DNA of 64,000 nt from NCBI GenBank assembly GCA_964638425.1, contig CAZWYM010000003.1, positions 16,289 to 80,288 of the forward strand, given 5' to 3'. This stretch comes from an uncultured Candidatus Saccharibacteria bacterium. GTDB lineage: Bacteria > Patescibacteriota > Minisyncoccia > Phycocordibacterales > UBA918. Both the position numbers and the translations under genes were made by a program. The stretch's first letter is position 1. Each line of letters begins with the position of its first letter. The notes beneath the pieces were generated by a model. It did no database searches. It saw nothing but the letters and a program-made list of their open reading frames with translations, and had not been told where the DNA came from. Shown here piece by piece: positions 10,280-19,842 of the stretch.

Positions 10280-11103
10280 AAATTACGAAAGCTGACGGAG
10301 GAGTAGAAGAATTTAAACCGCAGAAATTAATCTCATCACTGAAAAAGGCTGGAGCAAACCCTCAAGAAATTTCAAGAATTGTTTCTTCAATTGAATCGTC
10401 TCTTTTAGACAGCATGAAGACACAGATGATCTATCAAAAAGCATTTCAAATGCTTCGAGAAAGTGACGAGCCGATTGCGGCAAAGTACTCATTACGAAGA
10501 GCGGTATTTGGTCTCGGGCCAACCGGTTTCCCCTTTGAAGATTTCCTTGGGAAAATCTTTGAGGCAGAAGGGTACCAAACAAAACGAAGACTCATTTTGA
10601 AAGGGAAGTGCGCTACTCATGAAATTGACCTCGCTGCGTATTCTCCTTCACACAGTTTTGTTGCAGAAGCGAAGTTTCATATGCATCCAGGTATCAAATC
10701 TGATTTGCAAGTTGCAATGTATTCATACGCACGGTATCTCGACCTAGAGTCAGCGCGCATTTGTAAGGAAGATGTGTGTGGCATCATTTCACTTTCTGTG
10801 ATTACGAATACTAAGTTCACCGAAGCAGCTATACAGTATGCAAAGTGTAGCGGTATCGATCTTCTCAGTTGGGATTACCCTAAGCACAACTCTCTTCATT
10901 CAAAAATTGAAAAGCTCGGTGTATACCCAATCACAACACTCGCTCGTCTTTCTACAACACAAAAACAAGTACTGCTGAGTAACGGAGTAATACTCTGTTC
11001 TGAAATTATAAAAAACCCACAAGAGCTACAAAGAATTGGATTGTCAGGAACAAAAATAGATGCTGTGCTACGTGAGGCGGTTGCGCTCTGTGGCTCAAAA
11101 TAG
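10276..11103 (+). CDS. ATP-cone domain fused to Mrr-like PD-(D/E)xK restriction-endonuclease domain
   Basis: N-terminal KADG..EEFKPQKL; GPTGFPFE, HEID, EAKFH, TNTKFT. Confidence 0.8.
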   Translation: MKITKADGGVEEFKPQKLISSLKKAGANPQEISRIVSSIESSLLDSMKTQMIYQKAFQMLRESDEPIAAKYSLRRAVFGLGPTGFPFEDFLGKIFEAEGYQTKRRLILKGKCATHEIDLAAYSPSHSFVAEAKFHMHPGIKSDLQVAMYSYARYLDLESARICKEDVCGIISLSVITNTKFTEAAIQYAKCSGIDLLSWDYPKHNSLHSKIEKLGVYPITTLARLSTTQKQVLLSNGVILCSEIIKNPQELQRIGLSGTKIDAVLREAVALCGSK

Positions 11104-11216
11104 GACTTTTTGACAAATATTTTTACTGAATGTCGAATTATACGGCTTAAGTATTGAACCTATGCTCATGATATAATTTAAAACGTATTAATAGAGATAG
11201 TATTTACGTAAGAAAT

Positions 11217-11738
11217 ATGTCAGAAGTAGAAACGCAAGAGAATCAAAAGACTGTAGTGGCATTTATCACAGGACTACTTATCGGTGGACTCCTTGTTTGG
11301 GTTTTTTCATCAACGCCTGAAGGAAAAACAAAAGAAACACCAAACGAAGAAGCAAAGACAGAGGTATCGCAAAATGATTCAAAGAATGAATCAACAAAGA
11401 CAGAAACTATATCAGCAGATGTTATTGGAGAAGGCTCAGTTGTTGTTGCTGATCAAAAAGCAGGGAAGACAATTTCACTAGGTGAGACAAAGTTCCCAAC
11501 AAAGAAAGGTTGGGTAGTTGTTCGAGACTATGCAAACAACAAGGCAGGTAACATTCTCGGTGCTGCGAGATACAGCAGTGAGGAAGGACTCGCACCAAAG
11601 ACAGTTGAACTTATGCGCGATACTGTAGCAAATAGCACATACCAAGTTGTATTTTATACAAACAATGGCGACACTGGTTTCAAACTCGGTGAAGACACTG
11701 TCATTGACGGTATTGCAACTACATTCAAGGCTAACTAA
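11217..11738 (+). CDS. Membrane-anchored hypothetical protein
   Basis: N-terminal TM, low-complexity linker, GWVVV..ILGA beta domain. Confidence 0.6.
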   Translation: MSEVETQENQKTVVAFITGLLIGGLLVWVFSSTPEGKTKETPNEEAKTEVSQNDSKNESTKTETISADVIGEGSVVVADQKAGKTISLGETKFPTKKGWVVVRDYANNKAGNILGAARYSSEEGLAPKTVELMRDTVANSTYQVVFYTNNGDTGFKLGEDTVIDGIATTFKAN

Positions 11739-11764
11739 CAAGTCTCTCGGGATTACAATCTCAG

Positions 11765-11796
11765 CAAAAACGAGCACCTTTGGGTGCTCGTTTTTG
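11765..11796 (+). terminator. Intrinsic terminator
   Basis: CAAAAACGAGCACC-TTTG-GGTGCTCGTTTTTG. Confidence 0.85.
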
Positions 11797-11835
11797 TTTT
11801 ACCCTGATTCTGGCGAATGGTATACTTCTACAACT

Positions 11836-12621
11836 ATGGCAACATTCCAGAAAAAGTACAATCCAAATCGAAATAGTGACTGGAATTACGGAGGCGCAAA
11901 GTGGCGACTCTCTCGTTCAAAAATTGATTTATTTATAGAGTGTCCTCGTTGCTTTTATATCGACAACAAACTCGGCACCGCACGACCTCGCGGACCAGCG
12001 TTTACACTAAACGTAGCTGTAGATGCGCTCTTTAAGAGTGAATTTGATACATATCGCAAGAAAAAAGAAGCACACCCGCTTATGAAGCAGTACCACATAG
12101 ATGCTGTTCCATTTGAACACAAAATGCTCAATACATGGCGAGAGAACTTTGAAGGAATAGAACATGTACATGCAAAAACCGGACTTACTATTTCTGGGGC
12201 TATTGATGATGTATGGATAGATACTGAGGGGAAGCTTATTGTTGTCGACTACAAAGCTACTGCTAAAGAAGGGACAATCGAAACGTTGAGTGACTCATCT
12301 TGGGAAGATCAGTACAAGCGACAAATTGGGGTCTATCAATGGCTCTTTATTCAAAACGGATTCAAGGTAAATGACGTTGGGTATTTTGTGTATGCAAACG
12401 GAGACGGGAGCTTGCCTGAGTTCAACAATACACTCACCTTCGAAACGACACTCGTCCCATGTGAAGGAGATATGGACTGGATTGAGCCAACACTCCTCAA
12501 GATCAAGGAATGCCTTGAGAGCGACACATTTCCGAAGTCTGGCGAAGCATGTGAATTTTGCCCGTATCGAGAAGCATGTGGGAAAAAGCTCCAGCAGATT
12601 CACAAAAATGGCAAAGGCTGA
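11836..12621 (+). CDS. PD-(D/E)xK nuclease family protein (AddB/Cas4-like with Cys cluster)
   Basis: LSRS..CPRC, GAIDD, VDYK, Q..VY, CEFCPYREAC. Confidence 0.85.
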   Translation: MATFQKKYNPNRNSDWNYGGAKWRLSRSKIDLFIECPRCFYIDNKLGTARPRGPAFTLNVAVDALFKSEFDTYRKKKEAHPLMKQYHIDAVPFEHKMLNTWRENFEGIEHVHAKTGLTISGAIDDVWIDTEGKLIVVDYKATAKEGTIETLSDSSWEDQYKRQIGVYQWLFIQNGFKVNDVGYFVYANGDGSLPEFNNTLTFETTLVPCEGDMDWIEPTLLKIKECLESDTFPKSGEACEFCPYREACGKKLQQIHKNGKG

Positions 12622-12886
12622 ACAGACATTTACTGAATGCGTTAAAGACGTTGTAAAAGCTATTCCACGTGGAAAAACAATGAGTTACAAGGAAGTTGCA
12701 ATACGCGCAGGAAATCCAGGGGCAGCACGTGCAGTTGCGCGCATTATGAGCGCTAGTTTCGATGATTCAGTACCCTGTCATCGAGTTATCTGTTCAAATG
12801 GTACTCTTGGTGGGTATAATAGAGGTGGTACAAAGTCAAAGCAGGAAATACTCCTCCGCGAGGGTGCACTCTCTAATGTAATATGA
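12608..12886 (+). CDS. Minimal O6-alkylguanine-DNA alkyltransferase (MGMT C-terminal domain)
   Basis: IPRGKTMSY, AARAV, VPCHRV, GGY, LLREG. Confidence 0.88.
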   Translation: MAKAEQTFTECVKDVVKAIPRGKTMSYKEVAIRAGNPGAARAVARIMSASFDDSVPCHRVICSNGTLGGYNRGGTKSKQEILLREGALSNVI

Positions 12887-13233
12887 ATTTCCAAAACGAC
12901 ATACAAACAATTGAAAGAAGGATCTCAGAACTACAACGAAAAGTCGATAGCTTTGAACGTGACGAACAACAACTGAAACCGCGTCTTGAAAAAGCTAAGA
13001 AGCTCGTCACTGATGGACAGAATGAACTTGAACGATTACAGGTCTCAACGAGAAAGATTCAAGAAACAATCCAACAGTCGCAACGTGATGTTCGAAGCAT
13101 TACAGACGAGCAACTCAGAATCCTCAACGAGAAAACACGTATAGTTACGCAAATTGCTTCTCAAAATAAAGAAATGGAACGTGTCCAGAGAATGAGTGAT
13201 GAAGAAGTTCGAAGGAACGCCCTTAAAAAGTAG
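12883..13233 (+). CDS. Coiled-coil hypothetical protein
   Basis: 116 aa, Q/E/R/K-rich heptads; coupled to neighbours. Confidence 0.6.
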   Translation: MNFQNDIQTIERRISELQRKVDSFERDEQQLKPRLEKAKKLVTDGQNELERLQVSTRKIQETIQQSQRDVRSITDEQLRILNEKTRIVTQIASQNKEMERVQRMSDEEVRRNALKK

Positions 13234-13236
13234 ACC

Positions 13237-13833
13237 ATGGCATACTCATACGCAATCGAACAAGCAATACGCGCCGCATCAGTCCTTCATAAGGATCAGG
13301 TTCGTAAGGGGCAAGTTCCTTATCCGTATATTACCCACCTCTATGCGGTTGCTATGATTGTGTCTGACTACACGAATGACGAAGATACTATCGTTTCTGC
13401 TCTTCTTCATGACACTCTTGAAGATACTGACTACACAGAAGCTGAAATCGAAGATGATTTCGGAGGGAAAGTTCGAGAAATTGTTTCTTCTATAAGCGTA
13501 CCCCCACTCAAGAGCAACGATAAGGCTGGAATAACAGAACAAAAGAAGCAATACCTCAAACAGCTAAAGAGCGCCAGTGAAAATGCACTCATTGTTGTTG
13601 CGGGTGACAAAATTCACAATATGCGTTCAATTGTTGAGGAGTACTACGATAACCACTCTGGTTTTATTGCAGAATTTGGAAGCCAACTTGAACCTCGATT
13701 ACAGATGTACCAAGAGATAAGCAATGCACTTAATCGCAATTTGAAAAATGCTATACTAGCCGAGTTCAATAGTGTTTTTACTGAATATAAGAATTTCATC
13801 CACAATGTCGAAAAGAAGCGCAACGAATATTGA
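13237..13833 (+). CDS. HD-domain protein, small alarmone hydrolase (SpoT-HD/Mesh1-like)
   Basis: HKDQVRK, PYITH, ALLHDTLEDT, DKIHN. Confidence 0.85.
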   Translation: MAYSYAIEQAIRAASVLHKDQVRKGQVPYPYITHLYAVAMIVSDYTNDEDTIVSALLHDTLEDTDYTEAEIEDDFGGKVREIVSSISVPPLKSNDKAGITEQKKQYLKQLKSASENALIVVAGDKIHNMRSIVEEYYDNHSGFIAEFGSQLEPRLQMYQEISNALNRNLKNAILAEFNSVFTEYKNFIHNVEKKRNEY

Positions 13834-13849
13834 GCAGAAAAAAGCCCCA

Positions 13850-15124
13850 ATGAAGCTTGTTAAGGTGAAGAAAAAGAATTCACTTACTGAGTATATTTTG
13901 CCAAAAAGTGGTCTCCGGGTGCTCTATATGTACCGCCCAAAAACAGGCGTCATAACAACAGACATCGTATACAAAGTAGGATCACGTGATGAAGATAGGG
14001 GAGAAACCGGAATTGCACATATGCTTGAACATATGCTCTTTAAGCCGACACAACAGGATTTGAAACGGGGAAGTGAATCAGCAGCAATGGACTTCGAACG
14101 TGAGACGGGAGCAACACTTAATGCAAATACATGGAAGGATAGAACTTCATATTACTTCTCATACCCAAAGGAGCATTTTAATAGAGCACTTCAAATCGAA
14201 GCTGAGCGAATGCAAGATGTTGTCTTGACTGATCTTGAGTTTTTACCTGAACGAACCAATGTACTCAGCGAATTTGATATGTATGCAGGAGATGAACAGT
14301 TTTCACTTTCAGTTGAAATGATGTCAGTTGCATTTCGCTCACACACCTATGGTCACGAGACTATCGGATACCGCGAAGATATTGAGGCATACACCACGGA
14401 CAAACTCCAAAAATTTTATAAAAAATTCTACGCTCCACACAATGCTGTACTCATTATCGTTGGAGATGTTAAAGAGCAGGAGATGCAGGAAGCCGTACTA
14501 AAGCATTTTGGAAACCTGAAGCAATCACCTATTGAAATCAAAAGAGCAGAGATATGTGAACCCAAGCAAGAGGGTATTCGTTCAGTTACGATTAAGCGAC
14601 CTTCGACAACCCAAGTCTATGCTCACGGAGTTCGACACGAAGGATTTCCTTCAAAAGCGTGGTTTGAAACCATGATTGTTTTTGAAATGCTCGCAAGTGG
14701 AGACGACAGCATCCTCCACAAAAAACTCATTGATAAAGGACTTGCAACAAATATTAATGTATCGCTAGAGCCATCACGAGAAAAAAACCTAGCAATACTC
14801 TTTGTGACACTAAACGACAAGATGAATCACGAGAGCATGCAAAAGTTACTCCCTACAATTATTCACGACCTTACCCTAAAGGAAATAACTCCATATCTTC
14901 AAAAAACTATTGCAAAGGCACTCACCTCAGAATTCATTTCACGAGAAAATAGCCTTGGGATATGTAGTGAGCTTGTCGAGTACGTCAGCGCTGATTCATG
15001 GGAAGATTTCTTCAATTCTGAAAAAATCCTTTCATCAATAACAGCTCACGATATTAAAGAAAGGATACAGCTACTCTTTACTGAAGAAAATACGACTATT
15101 GGCTATTTCAAAGGTACCAAATAA
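13850..15124 (+). CDS. M16 zinc peptidase, catalytic subunit
   Basis: GIAHMLEHMLFK (HxxEH), NANT, ERTNVLSE. Confidence 0.92.
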   Translation: MKLVKVKKKNSLTEYILPKSGLRVLYMYRPKTGVITTDIVYKVGSRDEDRGETGIAHMLEHMLFKPTQQDLKRGSESAAMDFERETGATLNANTWKDRTSYYFSYPKEHFNRALQIEAERMQDVVLTDLEFLPERTNVLSEFDMYAGDEQFSLSVEMMSVAFRSHTYGHETIGYREDIEAYTTDKLQKFYKKFYAPHNAVLIIVGDVKEQEMQEAVLKHFGNLKQSPIEIKRAEICEPKQEGIRSVTIKRPSTTQVYAHGVRHEGFPSKAWFETMIVFEMLASGDDSILHKKLIDKGLATNINVSLEPSREKNLAILFVTLNDKMNHESMQKLLPTIIHDLTLKEITPYLQKTIAKALTSEFISRENSLGICSELVEYVSADSWEDFFNSEKILSSITAHDIKERIQLLFTEENTTIGYFKGTK

Positions 15125-15125
15125 T

Positions 15126-16406
15126 ATGCGAATACAATCAGAACAAACAAAAGCTCTCATTTCTACCTCAATCATCCGCGAAGATGAACGATTTGTAACC
15201 GTATCACTTTCGACAAAGGAAACGGTTGAACAGAGCGCCTACGCACAAGCGCTTAGACTTGTGTATGGGGAGATACTTACCTCTGGTTCAGGAAAGCTCT
15301 CACGTGAAGCATTTCACGATGCACTAAGTAAACTAGGTTCAGAAATTAAAATCTCAAGTAGCGGAACCCTTACCACCGCATCACTTCGCTCACTCGACAC
15401 AAAACTAGGAGCAACAATAAAGCTTTTTGAAGCAATGATAAAAGCTCCACTTTTTGAAGCAACGGAGTTACAGAGAATCAAGGAATACCTTAGAAACAAT
15501 CTACTCCTATTAAAGGAAGATGCTCGTTCTGAATCCTACCGAAACTTTGTAGCTTCACTCGTGCATTCAGATGATCCTCGTTACATTTTTGGAGTTGATG
15601 AGGTAATTCTAAATTTAAAAAAGGTAACAAAGCAAGATCTTATTAAATACCACACGTCACTCTGGAAAAGTGATTGGATTGTAACCTGCGGTGGAAGTGA
15701 AGCGTGCTGTAAGACATCACTATCTGCAGTTGAGAAACTACGAAAATTCACTCATTCAAAAACACTCACTGAGTCAAAGCAACTTAAAATTGAACAAACT
15801 GAAGGCAAAAGAGTCGTACTCACTGACATTCCCAACAAACAAAATATTGAATTCAGCATTGGGGGAAGTGTTCAATTAACCATGAACGACCATGACTACA
15901 TTCCGCTCATGTTTGGTATGTGTGTACTGGGAATCTACGGTGGTTTTTCTGGAAGACTTATGAGTAGTGTGCGTGAGAAGGAAGGACTTACGTATTCAAT
16001 CTACGCGCAGCTCGAAGGCATAACACTTCACGACCAGGGCTTTTGGAGAATCATGACGTTCTTTGCTTCAAAAGATGCTGTAAAAGGAATCACTTCAACG
16101 TTGCGTGAAGTAAAGAAAATTGCCGAGGAAGGTATCACTGCAAACGAGCTAAAACGTTTTAAATCCATTCTTAAGACACGCTACGCGCTCATCGAGGACT
16201 CTCTCCTTAAGAAAGTACGAGAATCACATACAGTGAGGATTGCTGGATTGAGTGTTGATGAGTTTATGTTGCTTCAAAATGCAATTGAGAAGCTGAGCGT
16301 AACCGAGGTTAATTCTGCACTAAAAAAGCATATCAATGTAAAGTCACTTATTATCTCTGGAGCAGGACCGATTTCATCTGTTGCTCCTGACATACGCAAA
16401 ATATAA
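15126..16406 (+). CDS. M16 peptidase, non-catalytic partner subunit
   Basis: GRLMSSVREKEGLTY; lacks HxxEH. Confidence 0.88.
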   Translation: MRIQSEQTKALISTSIIREDERFVTVSLSTKETVEQSAYAQALRLVYGEILTSGSGKLSREAFHDALSKLGSEIKISSSGTLTTASLRSLDTKLGATIKLFEAMIKAPLFEATELQRIKEYLRNNLLLLKEDARSESYRNFVASLVHSDDPRYIFGVDEVILNLKKVTKQDLIKYHTSLWKSDWIVTCGGSEACCKTSLSAVEKLRKFTHSKTLTESKQLKIEQTEGKRVVLTDIPNKQNIEFSIGGSVQLTMNDHDYIPLMFGMCVLGIYGGFSGRLMSSVREKEGLTYSIYAQLEGITLHDQGFWRIMTFFASKDAVKGITSTLREVKKIAEEGITANELKRFKSILKTRYALIEDSLLKKVRESHTVRIAGLSVDEFMLLQNAIEKLSVTEVNSALKKHINVKSLIISGAGPISSVAPDIRKI

Positions 16407-16464
16407 TATACGTACACGTATTGCTAGAAATATGGCTCAATATCTTGTATAGTAGCACGTAACT

Positions 16465-18405
16465 ATGTCTGGAAACGAAATCAGAAAAAAATACCTCGAA
16501 TTCATGGAGAAAAACGGTCATGCGGTTATTCCGTCGTCTGCACTTATCCCTGAAAACGACCCAACAACACTTTTTACCGGAAGTGGTATGCAACCCCTTG
16601 TGCCATACCTTATGGGTCAGGATCACGCCATGGGTACACGTCTCACAAACTCTCAGAAGTGTTTCCGTGCTGAAGATATCGAGGAGGTTGGCGACAACAG
16701 ACACACTACTTTCTTTGAAATGCTTGGAAACTGGTCTCTTGGGGACTACTTTAAGGAACACCAAATCCCTTGGATATACCGCTTCCTCATGGATGAAGTG
16801 AAACTTAATCCAGAAAACTTCTATGTCACTGCATTTGCTGGAGATGCAGGGGCAGGAGTACCTCGTGATGACGATTCAGTAGAAATCTGGAAGACTCTTT
16901 TTAGCGAAAGAGGAATTACTCACGGTGTCGCGCATATGGGTTCTGAAAAGGAAGGTAGTGAGCGAGGAATGCAGGAAGGGGAGCGAATCTTTTTCTATGA
17001 TTCATCAAAGAACTGGTGGTCACGAGCAGGGAGACCTGAGAAAATGCCTGTTGGAGAGATTGGTGGGCCTGATACAGAAATGTTTTATGACTTTGGTACA
17101 CCACACGACACAAAATTTGGCCCACACTGTCATCCTAACTGTGATTGTGGGCGGTTCCTCGAAATCGGGAACTCTGTGTTTATTGAATACATAAAGACCG
17201 AGGATGGTTCATTTAAATCACTTCCGAAGCAAAACGTTGACTTCGGAGGTGGCCTAGAGCGAATCACTGCAGCATCAGTAGGAAATGCAGATGTCTTTGC
17301 TATCGACCTACTCCAAAACGTTATTACAAAGATAGAGGAGTTGTCAGGGAAAAAATATTCTGACCACACCGTTGCATTCCGTGTTATTACCGACCACATC
17401 CGTGGGGCGGTGTTTATGATTGCTGAAGGTATCTACCCAAGTAACGGAGAACAGGGATACTTTACAAGACGACTCCTTCGTCGAGCAGTGCGGTACGCAG
17501 ACATTGTTGAAATTCCGCACGGTGACCTACGTCTTCTCGCAAAGAGTGTTGTAGATACCTACAAGGACCACTACACAAAGATCGCTGAACATGAAGCAGA
17601 TATCATCGATTCTATTCATGGCGAAGAAGTACAATTCCGAAAAACACTCGAAAAAGGGCTTAAGGAATTCAATAAAGTAGCTCTGAAAGTGACCATCCCT
17701 GTGACTGAACGTGAGGGGAAAGTTGTTATCGATACATCAAAGAAGACACCAGCAACAAAGTTTATTACTGGAGAGAATGCATTCAATCTCTTCACGACGT
17801 ACGGTTTTCCAATTGAGCTCACTGTGGAAATTGCTAAAGAGCGCGGTATGACTGTGGCAATGAACGAATTTGAGGCACTCATGGTAAATCACCGAGAGCT
17901 TTCTCGTTCAGGAGCAGAGCAAAAATTTAAAGGCGGTCTTGCTGATCACTCTGAAAAAGTTGTTGCGTACCATACCGCTACACACCTTCTTCTTGCCGGA
18001 CTACGAAAAGAACTAGGAGATTCTGTACACCAAGCAGGTTCAAATATTACTAATGAACGACTCCGTTTTGATTTTACCTACGAAGAGAAAGTACCTGAAG
18101 AAACTTTGCGTAAGGTAGAGCAGTTCGTAAATGACGCAATCAAGAAAGGAGCGAAGGTAACTATCGACACACTTGCAAAGACAGAAGCAGAAAAAGACCC
18201 AACAATTGAGGGAAGTTTTTGGGACCGATACCCAGACCAAGTAACGGTGTACACCATACGAGACAATGACGGCGTCGTATATTCACGAGAACTTTGTGGT
18301 GGACCACACGTAGAGACAACTGAACACATCAGCGGGACATTCAAAATTCAAAAAGAAGAATCGTCTTCAAGAGGCGTTCGGAGGATTAAGGCTGTTCTTG
18401 AATAG
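16465..18405 (+). CDS. alaS: Alanine--tRNA ligase (short form, lacks C-Ala domain)
   Basis: DPTTLFTGSGMQ, QKCFR, RHTTFFEMLGN, DFGGGLER, editing motifs HTATH and CGGPH. Confidence 0.97.
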   Translation: MSGNEIRKKYLEFMEKNGHAVIPSSALIPENDPTTLFTGSGMQPLVPYLMGQDHAMGTRLTNSQKCFRAEDIEEVGDNRHTTFFEMLGNWSLGDYFKEHQIPWIYRFLMDEVKLNPENFYVTAFAGDAGAGVPRDDDSVEIWKTLFSERGITHGVAHMGSEKEGSERGMQEGERIFFYDSSKNWWSRAGRPEKMPVGEIGGPDTEMFYDFGTPHDTKFGPHCHPNCDCGRFLEIGNSVFIEYIKTEDGSFKSLPKQNVDFGGGLERITAASVGNADVFAIDLLQNVITKIEELSGKKYSDHTVAFRVITDHIRGAVFMIAEGIYPSNGEQGYFTRRLLRRAVRYADIVEIPHGDLRLLAKSVVDTYKDHYTKIAEHEADIIDSIHGEEVQFRKTLEKGLKEFNKVALKVTIPVTEREGKVVIDTSKKTPATKFITGENAFNLFTTYGFPIELTVEIAKERGMTVAMNEFEALMVNHRELSRSGAEQKFKGGLADHSEKVVAYHTATHLLLAGLRKELGDSVHQAGSNITNERLRFDFTYEEKVPEETLRKVEQFVNDAIKKGAKVTIDTLAKTEAEKDPTIEGSFWDRYPDQVTVYTIRDNDGVVYSRELCGGPHVETTEHISGTFKIQKEESSSRGVRRIKAVLE

Positions 18406-18433
18406 CTCACCTCTTGAAGATTCAAGAGGTGAG
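18406..18433 (+). terminator. Hairpin after alaS (possible terminator; no U-tract)
   Basis: CTCACCTCTTGAA-GA-TTCAAGAGGTGAG. Confidence 0.6.
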
Positions 18434-18631
18434 AAATGGGAAGGGACCCATTTCGCAAGAGGTTGTCGATTTTTTTCTGATATTAGTTTTCAAAGCAAAT
18501 TTGCTCAGAAAAAAATCATACAACCTGAACGGAACCTGTAAGGTTTTCGGAGAATTAAAGCTATCCTTGAATAATGAGTTACATGTAGATTACTCCACTA
18601 TTACTGCACGGAGCGCGGTATACTTGTTGTA

Positions 18632-19825
18632 ATGTTTCATTTTGGTGGAAAAAATTCCGGCCCTGTATACGGAGCGCTCATTGACATCGGTTCGGGAAGT
18701 ATTGGTGTTGCTGTTGTTGTCTCAGACCCTGAGAAGAAACTACCTCAGCTTCTCTTTGCGCGACGCATCAACATGCGCGTCTCGGAACGCAGTACCGAAA
18801 AAACCGAGAGTGTTCGCCGTATTAAGGAGGCATTACTCTCTGCATCACTTACGCTTTCTCAAGAAGGCTACCAAGCACTCACAGCGAGTGCACCACACGC
18901 AAAAATAACAAAGCTATACGTAACCTGCACATCACCTTGGTCATTTACCATCTCACGAAATGTACACTACGAGAACGAAACGCCTTTTAAAATAACGCCA
19001 GAATTAATGGAAGATTTAGTACAAAGTGCTGAATCTGAGATGTTTACCCAGCTCGATAGTCAATCACACCTTTCAGAAGCTGGATTCGAAGTAGTAGAGC
19101 GCGCAACAGTAGATGTCCTCGTAAACGACTACCGAATCATCAATCCACTCAATGTAACGGGCACTACCTTGAGTCTTTCACATATTGCAGGGCTCGTACC
19201 CAAGGAAATTCTTACGGGAGTATATGAAGTGCAAGATAAATTATTCCCAAACACTGAGCTACATACACACACATACATGCTTGCGATGTATTGCGTTATG
19301 CGAGACATTTTCCCAAACATGCACTCATCATGCATCATCGATGTTACTGGAGAAGCAATCGAATTTGGTATTGTCGAAAATAACCTTTTGATTGAAAACA
19401 CTTTCATTCCAAATGGAAGCTCGAGCTTCATGCGTGAGGTCTCAGAAAAAACAGGGAAGCCATCGAGCGATATCCTCACAAGAATGCGTTCTTTTGGAGA
19501 AGAGGGAGACAAACTCAGTACAGAACTAAAAGAATACATTGAAATGTATGTTGAATATGTCGTTCAAGGCCTCAATACCATTCTTGAACACAGAATCTTG
19601 CCTTCAGACATCATTATTACCGCACATCAGTCATACGAGAAGCTTTTCAAGTTCATTATTGAAGAAGCATTACGGCGAGTAAAGCCAAGTACCTCACGAA
19701 TTATTCTTGTTGATCAAAGTATCGTCGAACAAATTACCGAAGGTTCAGACGGGGATGTGTACCTAGCACTTGGTGCAGGCTTTTTCCACAAATTGCATGG
19801 GGGAGGTGAGGCGAAGGGCGATTAA
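18632..19825 (+). CDS. Divergent actin-fold (FtsA/PilM-like) protein
   Basis: IDIGSGSIG phosphate-1 loop; IDVTGE degenerate phosphate-2 motif. Confidence 0.65.
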   Translation: MFHFGGKNSGPVYGALIDIGSGSIGVAVVVSDPEKKLPQLLFARRINMRVSERSTEKTESVRRIKEALLSASLTLSQEGYQALTASAPHAKITKLYVTCTSPWSFTISRNVHYENETPFKITPELMEDLVQSAESEMFTQLDSQSHLSEAGFEVVERATVDVLVNDYRIINPLNVTGTTLSLSHIAGLVPKEILTGVYEVQDKLFPNTELHTHTYMLAMYCVMRDIFPNMHSSCIIDVTGEAIEFGIVENNLLIENTFIPNGSSSFMREVSEKTGKPSSDILTRMRSFGEEGDKLSTELKEYIEMYVEYVVQGLNTILEHRILPSDIIITAHQSYEKLFKFIIEEALRRVKPSTSRIILVDQSIVEQITEGSDGDVYLALGAGFFHKLHGGGEAKGD

Positions 19826-19842
19826 GAGTATATACTTATCAT

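Noticed and set aside
11836-12621. CRISPR-associated cas4
   Set aside because: No cas1/cas2 or array in the window; solo PD-(D/E)xK nucleases are common
16465-18405. alaS pseudogene because of short length
   Set aside because: Uninterrupted frame with intact catalytic and editing motifs and a clean end
18414-18632. 72-aa ORF between alaS and the FtsA-like gene
   Set aside because: Starts inside a hairpin with TTG and has no motifs; probably intergenic
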